Source: an uncultured bacterium
GTDB lineage: Bacteria; Hydrogenedentota; Hydrogenedentia; Hydrogenedentales; JAEUWI01
Assembly (NCBI GenBank): GCA_963977445.1
Contig: CAXBPH010000091.1
Location: 1-23,285, forward strand
Direction: 5' to 3'
DNA length: 23,285 nucleotides
The translations under genes were made by a program, and so were the position numbers. This document shows positions 9,784 to 18,683 of this stretch, in pieces. Below the pieces are notes generated by a model. That model ran no database searches, was not told where the DNA came from, and saw only the letters and a list, made by a program, of their open reading frames with translations. Position 1 is the stretch's first letter; the number at the start of each line of letters is the position of its first letter.

Positions 9784-10848
9784 TCAGGGGGCGGCCGCCG
9801 GGATCGGCGTGCCAAACTGCTCCTCCAGAAAAGCCGAAACATCTTCGACAACCCGATCATTGACTACCTGAACCACATCCATGGCATGGGGCCAGCCATC
9901 GATACGGTCATACCAGTAGTCCATCCCCAAGGCCTGAAACTTTTCTGCCAATCGATCGGACTGGATGACGGGAACCAGCGTGTCTACGGTGCCGTGGATA
10001 ATAAGGGTGGGGGGATCGCTTGCGTCGAGGTAGGTAATGGGTGAGGCTTCTTTGAACTTCTCAGGAATCTCTTCGTAGGTGCCCTGCATGAAACTCGTCA
10101 GGAGAAAATGGTCCCGATTGGGTCCGATGGTGAAATCGGCAGGTCCGTAAATATCAATAACCGCGGCGACCGCGCTGCTGACGCCTTCGTTGCCTCCCGT
10201 TCCCTCAAATTTCTCGATGTCGCTGCTGTATCCCACCATCATGGAGAGGTGACCGCCCGCAGATCCGCCAATGACGGCAAGGCGCTCGGGGTCCACATTG
10301 ATTTTATCCGCGTTGGCCCGCATCCAGCGCACCGCACACTTGGCATCTTCGACGCAGTTGGGGAAGTAGCCGGCCTCCCTGAGGCGATAGGTGATAGTGG
10401 CGACCACATACCCCATTTCAGCAAAGCGGGTGGTGTACATCTTGTAGTCCTGCCGCTTACCACTGCGCCATCCTCCGCCGTGAATGAAGATAAGGGCCGG
10501 CGCGGGCGCGGTCATATTTTCCGGGGAATAGAGATCGAGCTTCAGTTCCGTGTCGCCGCCGGTGCCATACACGATATCGGTTTCTTCCCGGACGCCCGGC
10601 GGGATGGGGACATACGCCTCTATATCGAGCATACCCAAATCGGCCAGCCCCAGTTCTTGTAAGACATAGGCGGCATATATGGCGTTTCCCGTCGGATAAC
10701 CCTTGGGCGGTGGCCCGAGGGTGTCGGGTAGCCGAACCAAGTCAGGACGTTTCGCCGGTGGGCGCGAGGCTAGAAAAATCAGCCAGACAGAAAAAATGAC
10801 CAAGAGCACAAGGCAAGCACCGAAAAAGCGAAGCAGTTTTCTTTTCAT
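9784..10848 (-). CDS. Membrane-anchored alpha/beta hydrolase (HSL/BD-FAE-like esterase), copy 1
   Basis: N-terminal TM; 'LKLDLY.P', 'HGGGW', 'GGSAGG' nucleophile, 'HGTVD.LVP', 'WPH'. Confidence 0.9.
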   Translation of the reverse strand: MKRKLLRFFGACLVLLVIFSVWLIFLASRPPAKRPDLVRLPDTLGPPPKGYPTGNAIYAAYVLQELGLADLGMLDIEAYVPIPPGVREETDIVYGTGGDTELKLDLYSPENMTAPAPALIFIHGGGWRSGKRQDYKMYTTRFAEMGYVVATITYRLREAGYFPNCVEDAKCAVRWMRANADKINVDPERLAVIGGSAGGHLSMMVGYSSDIEKFEGTGGNEGVSSAVAAVIDIYGPADFTIGPNRDHFLLTSFMQGTYEEIPEKFKEASPITYLDASDPPTLIIHGTVDTLVPVIQSDRLAEKFQALGMDYWYDRIDGWPHAMDVVQVVNDRVVEDVSAFLEEQFGTPIPAAAP

Positions 10849-11897
10849 GAGGAGGGTCCTTGGGATGCCTGTTCGTTGAAGACGTGCTGGAGAAAAGCGT
10901 GCATCGTTAGCTGAACCCGTTCATTGACCAACCGGGCCACGTCCATCGTATGGGGCCAGCCAGGATAGCAATCATACCAATAGTCCATATCGAGGGCCTG
11001 AAATTTTTCCGCGAGGGCGTCCGATTGGTCGGGGGTTACGAGAGAGTCCAGCGTGCCCTGAATAATGAAGGTGGGCGGGTCACTGGGATCGACATAGTGG
11101 ATGGGCGAGGCCGATTCGTAGAGGGCGGGGTCTTTCTCGTAGGCGACTTTGGTGAAATTGGTGATGGTGGGGTGGACCCGGGCCGCTTCTGTCGTCAAAT
11201 CGGCGGGGCCGTAGAGGTCAATGACCGCCTGAACGGCGCTGCTGACATCGGGGTTTCCCCCGTCGCCTTCCAGCGATTTCACGTCGCTGCTGTACCCCAC
11301 CATCATGGCCAGGTGTCCCCCAGCCGAGCCGCCGGCCACCGCTATTTTATCGGGATCGATGTGAAGACGGGCGGCATTGGCCCGGAGCCAGCGTACGGCA
11401 CACTTGGCGTCCGATATGCAGCCAGGAAAGTCTGCCACATCGGCGAAACGATAGGCCATGGTAGCGACCACATAGCCTTTGAGGGGGAATTGGGCGGCGT
11501 AGAGCTTGTAGTCAGCCTTATTTCCCTTGACCCAACCGCCGCCGTGGATAAAGAGAATGAGTGGGAGAGGCTCCGTTATTTCCCGGGGGCTGTAGAGATC
11601 GAGCTTGAGGGAGATACCGTCAATCTGGCCATATTCGATGTCCAACTCTTCGACGACACCCTCGGGTACCGCGACAGGGGCATCACGATCGAGCAGATCC
11701 AGGGTGCCTGCCGCATAGGCGGTAAAGAGAGCGTTTTCGGTGGGGTAGCCTTGGGGTGGTGGCCCAAACTCCGCTGGCATCCGTACCAGATCCTCACGAA
11801 CGGCCGGAGCGCGCCCATCGAAGAATAACCACCAGCCACCGATGGCGCAAAGGATGAAAAGAAAAACACTCAAGACCCGAAGGAGAACGCGTAGCAC
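10845..11897 (-). CDS. Membrane-anchored alpha/beta hydrolase (HSL/BD-FAE-like esterase), copy 2
   Basis: Same motifs (HGGGW, GGSAGG, GTLD, WPH). Start re-assigned to GTG at 11897 (GAGGT RBS 6 nt upstream), giving 350 aa like the paralog. The ORF-track extension to 12137 runs through the MFS terminator. Confidence 0.88.
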   Translation of the reverse strand: MLRVLLRVLSVFLFILCAIGGWWLFFDGRAPAVREDLVRMPAEFGPPPQGYPTENALFTAYAAGTLDLLDRDAPVAVPEGVVEELDIEYGQIDGISLKLDLYSPREITEPLPLILFIHGGGWVKGNKADYKLYAAQFPLKGYVVATMAYRFADVADFPGCISDAKCAVRWLRANAARLHIDPDKIAVAGGSAGGHLAMMVGYSSDVKSLEGDGGNPDVSSAVQAVIDLYGPADLTTEAARVHPTITNFTKVAYEKDPALYESASPIHYVDPSDPPTFIIQGTLDSLVTPDQSDALAEKFQALDMDYWYDCYPGWPHTMDVARLVNERVQLTMHAFLQHVFNEQASQGPSS

Positions 11898-12085
11898 CGG
11901 AATACCTCGTGGTGAAGTCGGACAATGATGGGGTGACAACAGTTGCTCATACTGCCACGACAGCGGTCTGGGAAACAAACCGATGGTGGAAGGGCTCACA
12001 CAGGCCCGGTGCACGCGTGGTGCACAATCGGGGTCACGGTGGTCCATGTCAGACAGTACGCGCCCACCTCCACGCTTCTTGCGGC

Positions 12086-12123
12086 AAAAGAAAAAGCCCT
12101 GTGCCTCCAGGGAGGCACAGGGC
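12086..12123 (-). terminator. Rho-independent terminator of MFS gene
   Basis: 12-bp perfect stem GCCCTGTGCCTC/GAGGCACAGGGC (12096-12123) followed on the minus strand by TTTTTCTTTT, 27 nt after the MFS stop. Confidence 0.85.
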
Positions 12124-12150
12124 GGTGGGATTCTCAATCAGCTAGTGTAT

Positions 12151-13674
12151 TCAGTGAGCGGGTTCAGGATCACCTTCATTAATGTGGACGGCGCGATAAC
12201 CACCCTTCGACTTGAAATAGAAGAAGAGGATGATATAGCAGACGAGCATGAAAGACGGGAATATGGCGACCGTCATGAGTGCACCCTTGCGGGCCTCTTC
12301 TTCAATGCCCGAAACCATCGCCTGGTCCTCTTCAGAGGCTGCCAGGAGCTTGTCATGGTCCAGCGCAGTCATCGTTCCGAATACCCATTCCTTCTCGGTG
12401 GAATACTCCTGGTAGAGTGCTGGATTCTGTTTTTCCAGGCTGGTCGCGATGGAGCTGTCCTGGAAGAATCCAAGGAACGGCGCGCCGACGATACCTACGG
12501 CGAGCATACCCACACCGGCAATCGTGTTCAGTGTCATGGCGCCGCCCTTCGGGAACTGCTCCGCGACGACACCCAACATGGTGGGCCAGAAGAAGGTCTT
12601 GCCGAAAGCATAGAGGGTTGCGGCAGCCAGGATTCCGATACCAGCGGCTTTGGAAAGGAAAACCAGACCAAGGATCGCGACGACCGAACTACCCATGAGC
12701 AGTCCGATGGGGGAGATACGGTGCACAATGGAACCGGCCGAAAAGCGCAGTACCATCATGATGAGGGACGTGTAAAGCAGGACGGAAACGGCAGGCAAGC
12801 CCATAGCACCCATCTGTTTTTCCATCAACGACGTAATCCATACATCGGTGCCCAATTCCGTGGTGGCCAGCGGCATCATGATGAAGAGCAGGAAGATGAA
12901 GAGGGGTTTGCCCAGGGACTTTACATAGAAGCCGTAGCCACCGGTCAGTACCAGGATAATTGCGCCGCGAACGTAGAGATTGGTGATGCCGACGAAGCGA
13001 CAAATCTCGATGGTCATGAGGCTCACAACAATAAGGGCACCGAGGATACCCACTTCTTTCAACATGGCATGGTAGGAAACACCTGATTCCACGCGCTCCT
13101 GAACCGGAAACTTTTGTCCGAAGAGCATGATGCCGTAAGCGATCGTGGGGACGAAGATAAGCCCCACCTTGATCTGCCAGGCGGCATCGCCCATGGCGAC
13201 CACCGTCAGGCCGCAGATAACCATACCGCCGGGCCAGCCCGCGTGGAGGATATTCAGCCACTTGGTCTTCTCTTTATTGAAGAGCGTGGCGACCACGGGG
13301 TTGATGACGGCTTCCACCGTACCACAACCGAGAGCAAAAATGAGCGTGCTATACCATAGCATCTCGTAACCGGTTGCCATCATGGTGAGGGCCGCAGAGG
13401 TGGCGTGGCAAACAAAGGCAAAAATCATAGCGGTGCCGTAGCCGATCTTGTCGATGATCAGGCTGAAGAGAACGATGCTGACAGCGAAAGGCCAGAAGCC
13501 TACACCGGCAATCTGTCCTTTTTCCGCACCGCTGAGATTGAACTCAATTCCCCATTCGTTCAGGAGCATGCCACGAATTACGAATCCGAAGGCGGTCGCG
13601 ATCAAGGCCATGAAACAACCCCAGAATAAACGCTTCTGGTGTGCTTCAATGCCCGCAGGTTTATCTACGCTCAT
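12151..13674 (-). CDS. Major facilitator superfamily transporter
   Basis: About 12 hydrophobic helices; 'IIDKIG' loop motif; 'EAVINPVVATLF..EKTKWLNILHAGWPGG'; 'FFWPTMLGVVAEQFPKGG'; purine-rich RBS upstream. Confidence 0.92.
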   Translation of the reverse strand: MSVDKPAGIEAHQKRLFWGCFMALIATAFGFVIRGMLLNEWGIEFNLSGAEKGQIAGVGFWPFAVSIVLFSLIIDKIGYGTAMIFAFVCHATSAALTMMATGYEMLWYSTLIFALGCGTVEAVINPVVATLFNKEKTKWLNILHAGWPGGMVICGLTVVAMGDAAWQIKVGLIFVPTIAYGIMLFGQKFPVQERVESGVSYHAMLKEVGILGALIVVSLMTIEICRFVGITNLYVRGAIILVLTGGYGFYVKSLGKPLFIFLLFIMMPLATTELGTDVWITSLMEKQMGAMGLPAVSVLLYTSLIMMVLRFSAGSIVHRISPIGLLMGSSVVAILGLVFLSKAAGIGILAAATLYAFGKTFFWPTMLGVVAEQFPKGGAMTLNTIAGVGMLAVGIVGAPFLGFFQDSSIATSLEKQNPALYQEYSTEKEWVFGTMTALDHDKLLAASEEDQAMVSGIEEEARKGALMTVAIFPSFMLVCYIILFFYFKSKGGYRAVHINEGDPEPAH

Positions 13675-13940
13675 TGGTTACCTTTCTCTCCTGTTTCACC
13701 AGCCCGATGAAACATGTTGTTAATTGGTCCGCTAACACTACTTTTGCAGACCTACGATTGTCCCAGTGACACTAGCCAGAAATAGTACCCGTTACAGGAG
13801 GGGCGTTCAAGTTACGTCAGGAGACTGTTATCGTTCTGGCGGACCACCGCAGCGCGGGAGACGCTCCGGGCAGCGAATCGCGCAGATAATACGGGGAAGC
13901 CCAGCGCGGTCGCGGTGAGGCACACAGCCACTCGACACCA

Positions 13941-14573
13941 TCAGGAAGACGATGGGGGAATGAATTGGAGGCCGTCAATACCGCTACGCAGTTGCCAGGC
14001 GGTGTAGGCCTGATCAAGCCACCTTAACAGGGAGGATTCGAGGGCTACAGGGCGGAAAACAATGAGCAGCACAAGGCAAACAACCAGCACGAGCGCTACA
14101 TAGCGGCAGCGCCGCTTCCACACATCGAAGGGAAAGGGCTGGCGCTCTTTCGGCAGGGCGATCTCTTCCGGGAGGGTGATAGGCCGTCCCTTTTTCGCGG
14201 CGAGCCGGGCTCCTTCCAGGAGTTTACGGACCCGACCAATCGATTCATTGACGGATTGCCATTCCCGCACCAGTGGTCCGTCGCCTGCCCGAACTTCCCG
14301 GGAAAGTGTATCCAGGGTGCCTGCCTGGGCCACAAGCTTACCGATGCTGGAGGCCAGGCCAAAACTGCCTTTGCGCCAGTGAGATAAAATGGGGTAGTCG
14401 CAGGACAGCCGACTTTGCAGCTGGATGAAGGTTAGTTGTATCTGACTCTGGTCACCCTTGTCTGAATGGGATGCCAGTTGATAAAACCGGTGCCAGTCTT
14501 CGTGCAAGGCACAGCATTGGCTGCTGATGTCGGTTAACTCGTCCAGCGAAACAGATTGCGTTGCTTTAGCCAC
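13941..14573 (-). CDS. Hypothetical helical protein with C-terminal TM segment (~210 aa)
   Basis: GAGAGG RBS before an in-frame GTG at 14573 (MAKATQSVSLDEL...); amphipathic helical body; 'KRRCRY' plus a hydrophobic stretch near the C-terminus. Confidence 0.65.
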   Translation of the reverse strand: MAKATQSVSLDELTDISSQCCALHEDWHRFYQLASHSDKGDQSQIQLTFIQLQSRLSCDYPILSHWRKGSFGLASSIGKLVAQAGTLDTLSREVRAGDGPLVREWQSVNESIGRVRKLLEGARLAAKKGRPITLPEEIALPKERQPFPFDVWKRRCRYVALVLVVCLVLLIVFRPVALESSLLRWLDQAYTAWQLRSGIDGLQFIPPSSS

Positions 14574-14822
14574 GTCAGTACACCTCTCTCCAGATGTTGA
14601 ACTGTACCACGGTACAGGGGAAGTGCGATTTTTACAAGGAAAAAAATCGGCGTCACGGGGGTGGTCATCGTCACCCGTCTGGGAGGCACCCTGGCACTGC
14701 GTGGGACGCTGCCAGGATAGGTAGGCAAGACTTGAGCAGCAGAACGTGTGCACGTGGATTGGACAGGGGGCCCCGGCCTGGATTAGTGTGTGGAGCAGGG
14801 TAAACTCGGAGGCATCGATACG

Positions 14823-16511
14823 ATGGAGAAGCGGCTAATCGCGTGGTGCCTGATCGGCCTGTTTTTTGGGGCGACAGGCGTCTGGTCCTTCGCGGAAGAT
14901 TGGCCCCATTGGACGGGGCCCTTGGGGCGTAACGCAGCCAACGAAATCGGGTTGCCGGACCACTTCGACCGGAGCACGGGTGAAAACATCCGCTGGGAGA
15001 CCCGCCTGGGCGAGGTTGCCTTTGGGAGCCCGGTGGTGGCCGATGGGCGGATTTATGTGGGGACCAATATGGCGGCCCTGCGAGACGACCCTCGTTTTGG
15101 TCGCAGATATGGTGGGGTCTTGGTCTGCCTGGACGAGGCTACGGGCGAGCGGCGATGGATTCTGGCCAGCCCGGAACGCACCCAGGGTCTTCCCCGCTAC
15201 ACCTTCCTCGAAGAACAGCGATGGGGGATCTGTTCGTCACCCACGGTCGACGGTGATCGGGTCTATGTCGTAACAAACGGCGATGACCTTCTGTGTCTTG
15301 ATGTCAATGGACAGGCCGACGGCAACGATGGGCCCTTCGTGGAGGAGGCGTCCTATATGGCCGGAGAGGGCAAGGCCCCCGTCGCGCTGCTGCCCAGTGA
15401 CGGAGACATCCTCTGGCGTTACGATATTCCACGGGAATTGGAGGTGGCACCCCATGACGTGGGAAGCTGTTCGGTCCTGGTTGTGGGCGACGTGATTTAC
15501 ACGAGCACCTCCAACGGCATCGGCCGTTACCGCGCGGAGGGGCCATCGGACGCGGTGAATCCCGATGCGCCCGCCTTCATCGCGCTGAACAAATATACGG
15601 GGGCCCTGTTGGCGGTCGATGATACGCCCATCAGCAGGAACCTCTTTCATGCCCAATGGGCACCCCCTTCCTTCGGCACCGTGGGTGATCGTGACTTGGT
15701 CTTCCTCGGGGGCAGTGATGGCTATTGCTACGCCTTTGATGCCTTGGGGCAGGCGGGTAGGGCTTCCGGCCACCTGCAGACCGTCTGGAGCTTCGACGCC
15801 AATCCGCCCGACTACCGTTTCGACGGTGCCGGTGAAGTTATCGAATATGGGCGGGGCGACCACCGGGCCTACGTCCGAAAGATGAAGCTCAACAGGGAGA
15901 TTGCCGCCATCAATGCACAGTCGGACGGCGGAAACACGGCCACGAAGGATTACAAGGTCAGCGTGGAAGGATACAATGCCAGCGATGGGACCTTCGTGGG
16001 GCCGAGCGAGATTCTTGGGAGTCCGGTCTTTTACGACAACAAGATCTACGTGCTCACCGGCCGCGATCCCCTCCACGGATTGGGCAGGGGCGCATTGAGT
16101 TGTATCGACGCACGGGGCACGGGAGACATCAGCAAGAGCGGTCTGCGCTGGCGCTACGAAAACATCGGGCGAAGCATGAGCACCGTCGCCATCGCGGATG
16201 GTCTGGTCTACGCCACGGATTTACAAGGTCGCCTCTATTGCCTGGACGCGGGCATGGGCGTCCTCTACTGGCAACACGACACGGGCCACGAAATCTGGGG
16301 AAATCCGCTGGTGGCCGATGGCAAGGTCTACGTGAATACCCGTCAGTCTTTCTGGATGTTTGCTGCGGGTCGGAAGAAAGAGGTTTTGTTTGAGAGCCGG
16401 GGTGGCAGCGAGACGGGGCCCATTGCGGCGAACGGGGTGGTCTATGCCTTTATACGGGGGCAGCTCTATGCAATCGCCGCGGACGACAACCCATCGTCTA
16501 TTGTCGAATGA
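14823..16511 (+). CDS. PQQ-repeat (BamB-like) beta-propeller protein, exported
   Basis: GGAGG at 14808-14812 before ATG 14823; signal peptide then 'EDWPHWTGP'; repeated 'SP.V.DG.VYV' and 'CLD..TG...W' PQQ-like motifs. Confidence 0.88.
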   Translation: MEKRLIAWCLIGLFFGATGVWSFAEDWPHWTGPLGRNAANEIGLPDHFDRSTGENIRWETRLGEVAFGSPVVADGRIYVGTNMAALRDDPRFGRRYGGVLVCLDEATGERRWILASPERTQGLPRYTFLEEQRWGICSSPTVDGDRVYVVTNGDDLLCLDVNGQADGNDGPFVEEASYMAGEGKAPVALLPSDGDILWRYDIPRELEVAPHDVGSCSVLVVGDVIYTSTSNGIGRYRAEGPSDAVNPDAPAFIALNKYTGALLAVDDTPISRNLFHAQWAPPSFGTVGDRDLVFLGGSDGYCYAFDALGQAGRASGHLQTVWSFDANPPDYRFDGAGEVIEYGRGDHRAYVRKMKLNREIAAINAQSDGGNTATKDYKVSVEGYNASDGTFVGPSEILGSPVFYDNKIYVLTGRDPLHGLGRGALSCIDARGTGDISKSGLRWRYENIGRSMSTVAIADGLVYATDLQGRLYCLDAGMGVLYWQHDTGHEIWGNPLVADGKVYVNTRQSFWMFAAGRKKEVLFESRGGSETGPIAANGVVYAFIRGQLYAIAADDNPSSIVE

Positions 16512-16628
16512 AAAAACAGGTTCACACGTGAAACGTGGCAGGGACCACCTGCCCCATCACGATGCTGATTTTCCAGCGGCGAAGCTGAAGTCGAGAGGAC
16601 TTGAAAGGTTCCAGCGCCTGGACGCGAA

Positions 16629-17023
16629 GTGAATCATAGTTAATCCACCGGCTCTGCCGTTCCGTCGAGTTCTTCTATGGTTAGCGCAAGCAGCGTAATT
16701 TTTGTAGTGTTGCAGAATAGCTCGGTCCAAGCGTTCTTAGCCCCGGAGGGGCGGCATAGCGTAGCCCAGGGCGACGCGAAGCAAGCCCTGGGATCGTGGA
16801 CGAAACGCTCAGACAGCCCCAGCGGGGCGGCATAGAATTTTCGGAGATGGAACCCAATTCGCGCCCTATGTCGCCCCGCTGGGACTCGTATCGGCGTGTG
16901 TCGACCAAAACCCAGGACTCGCTACGCTCGCCGCTGGGCTACGATATCTCGCCCACTTCGTGGACTTAACAGCCCCTTTCAGGGGCTTTCCTCATATCCC
17001 CGGCTCTGACGGTGGTTGCTGAT
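16629..17023 (+). mobile_element. Putative non-autonomous IS200/IS605-derived remnant (ends only, no tnpA)
   Basis: Left: GTGAATCATAGTTAATCCACCGGCTCTGCCG (16629-16659). Right: hairpin AGCCCCT-TTC-AGGGGCT (16971-16987) then TCCCCGGCTCTGACGGTGG-TTGCTGAT (16997-17023). Both ends share the CCGGCTCTG(C/A)CG hairpin core. Resemblance to IS200-type ends is from recall, not from a search. Confidence 0.5.
16739..16966. repeat. Nested imperfect inverted repeat (REP doublet / REPIN-like, ~228 bp)
   Basis: Inner arms AGCCCCAGCGGGGCGGCATAG (16815-16835) and CTATGTCGCCCCGCTGGGACT (16866-16886) pair at 19/21. Outer arms 16739-16792 and 16911-16966 are degenerate reverse complements. Each arm carries its own small hairpins. 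Confidence 0.85.
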
Positions 17024-17036
17024 TTTTTTTCTGTGT

Positions 17037-17262
17037 CCCGATTCATGGGCCGTTGGCCCTCAGGAAGGCCATCGAGCGTCTTAATAACAGTCGTACGAGT
17101 GTTTGCCGCGCAGACGTAGCAGGCCAGGGTGAAGGCCTTTGGGAAAGCAACGATGCGTTGACGTGCCCGAAAAGAGCGCCAACGGTGCGTTAGCATACCA
17201 GCCCAGGCCGAAGGCCTGGGTATGCTCGGTGTTTTTTCTTCTCAGGGCTGAAAGTCCGCACC
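17037..17262. repeat. Second family of REP-like palindromes, partly degenerate
   Basis: GCGCC-AAC-GGTGC (17176-17188); CCCAGGCC-GAA-GGCCTGGG (17202-17220) flanked by AGCATAC/GTATGCT; GGGC-TGAAA-GTCC (17245-17257); decayed copies GGGCC-GTT-GGCCC (17047-17059) and GGCCAGGGTGAAGGCCTTTGGG (~17122-17143). Confidence 0.65.
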
Positions 17263-17482
17263 ATGTTGTTGCGGTACTATCTGGAACTGCCGAAGATATC
17301 GTGCCGTCATGTGGTTGGTTATCGGCACTACGAGAACAGCACCCAAATAAAGTGACTTTGGCCAACGAATGGAAAACCTAGGGACAGTCTGTCATGATGG
17401 ACTGTCGCTATTTGTCTACTTTCATGTGCGCTTCCCCGACCCCGACGGAAGCAATAACTGATCGATGACCAAGGAGTTTGAA

Positions 17483-18538
17483 ATGAAAGCGATCAATATT
17501 CGATTACTATTCCTGCTTTTCTCTTGTCTCACAGGAGCGAGCGCCAATTCGCAATTTATCAGTATGCAGGCGGAGTCCGATTGCGGCATTTTTCTGATGG
17601 GTGGAGGATATTATAATGGGATTGATCCTGACTATGATCATAGGAGTCTCTACGTATATGGCCTCAAGGGCGATACCTTAGTGGGGCGAGTATTGGACCT
17701 CGGTCGCTATGACTATCCCAAATTATCGCATTCATGTAAATATATCGCTTTTCTAGTACGAAGCGAAACTCCGCATGCGTCGGACCTTCGTGTGATTACT
17801 ACCGCAGGCATGGAAAAACTCCTCCGTCCTCAAGTTCGTTGGTTTAGTTGGGGGGCCAACGCCACTGGAGAAGAAATTCTGGCCTACATCGTCGGGACGG
17901 CCCCGGTAGAGGAGGAACTATCCGAAACGCCTGTTGTCGGCGAAGTCTGGTTTCTGAATGCTGAGACCGGCGAGCGGTGGTTGGCTCATCCGAGCGGAAC
18001 CTTCGTCTCCTGGGCTGGATACGACTCTAGTTTTTACATAGAGGAACTGTTTGACGAAGACATTCAAATACAAGTCTTTCGGTACGATATGGAGTTGAGG
18101 CGACTAGAAAGGACTCCCTACATCGGAAGTGATTTCTCGAAAGACGGCACATATTACTTTGTGAACGAAGTCGATGGCGACGGATTCAGATTGTTTGAGC
18201 GCACAACTAATATCGAAATAACACAAAAGTTTGCGGAGATCTATAAGCTTGTGACCGATAGTCGTGTGAGGCCTTCGGGATGGTTAAGCGATAGTATGCT
18301 GGTCCTGCAGTCAAGGCCCGCTCGCTCGGAAAACGGACGTGCCACACAGCAAATTATTGATTTCAAGCATGCGCAACTTTGGGAAGTAGATCCGGAGGTG
18401 ATCGGACTATCGGGTCAGGATGGGCAAAATCTTGTTCAGGTAACCAAGAGCGGTGCAACGATACGCAACTTCAGCGACGTCGCCAAATTGATTTACCCAG
18501 TGGGACAAGAAGTAACGTTGGTGGCACCGTCTCCGTAG
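17483..18538 (+). CDS. Exported TolB/WD40-like beta-propeller hypothetical protein (paralog A)
   Basis: AAGGAG RBS 17471-17476 before ATG 17483; signal peptide 'MKAINIRLLFLLFSCLTGASANS'; 'PKLSHSCKYIAFL' and 'FSKDGTYYF' PD40-like motifs. Confidence 0.8.
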   Translation: MKAINIRLLFLLFSCLTGASANSQFISMQAESDCGIFLMGGGYYNGIDPDYDHRSLYVYGLKGDTLVGRVLDLGRYDYPKLSHSCKYIAFLVRSETPHASDLRVITTAGMEKLLRPQVRWFSWGANATGEEILAYIVGTAPVEEELSETPVVGEVWFLNAETGERWLAHPSGTFVSWAGYDSSFYIEELFDEDIQIQVFRYDMELRRLERTPYIGSDFSKDGTYYFVNEVDGDGFRLFERTTNIEITQKFAEIYKLVTDSRVRPSGWLSDSMLVLQSRPARSENGRATQQIIDFKHAQLWEVDPEVIGLSGQDGQNLVQVTKSGATIRNFSDVAKLIYPVGQEVTLVAPSP

Positions 18539-18683
18539 TAGAAAAGAAAGGCACACGCAATTAATCTTTCAATTCGTGGGGAGTATCCGCCGGAAACGGG
18601 GACCGTTGATGCGCCGTCGAATCCGGTGAGTATCACGGCGACGCCCGCGGATGTGGACGGCACCGACAATTAAGGGAACCAGT

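Noticed and set aside
10108..13086. Long plus-strand ORFs (10108, 10950, 11983) opposite the esterases and MFS
   Set aside because: Antisense shadows of well-supported genes.
13845..13918. Possible structured RNA upstream of the MFS gene (CACCGC...GCGGTG pairing)
   Set aside because: Short GC-rich complementarity expected by chance; no recognisable riboswitch consensus.
16520..16535. parS-like sequence GTTCACACGTGAAACG
   Set aside because: Only 11/16 match to TGTTTCACGTGAAACA; the left arm is broken and there is a single copy.
16739..17260. CRISPR array or tRNA/ncRNA in the repeat-rich spacer
   Set aside because: Repeats are inverted and irregular, not direct with even spacers; no cas genes; no cloverleaf or recognisable riboswitch.
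16681..17381. Small ORFs (75-94 aa) across the repeat region
   Set aside because: Translations of palindromic repeats; no HUH/Y1 transposase motifs.
18536..18673. Amber read-through extending paralog A by 43 aa
   Set aside because: Two consecutive TAG codons, and paralog B ends at the equivalent position, so the downstream frame is better explained as a separate stub.
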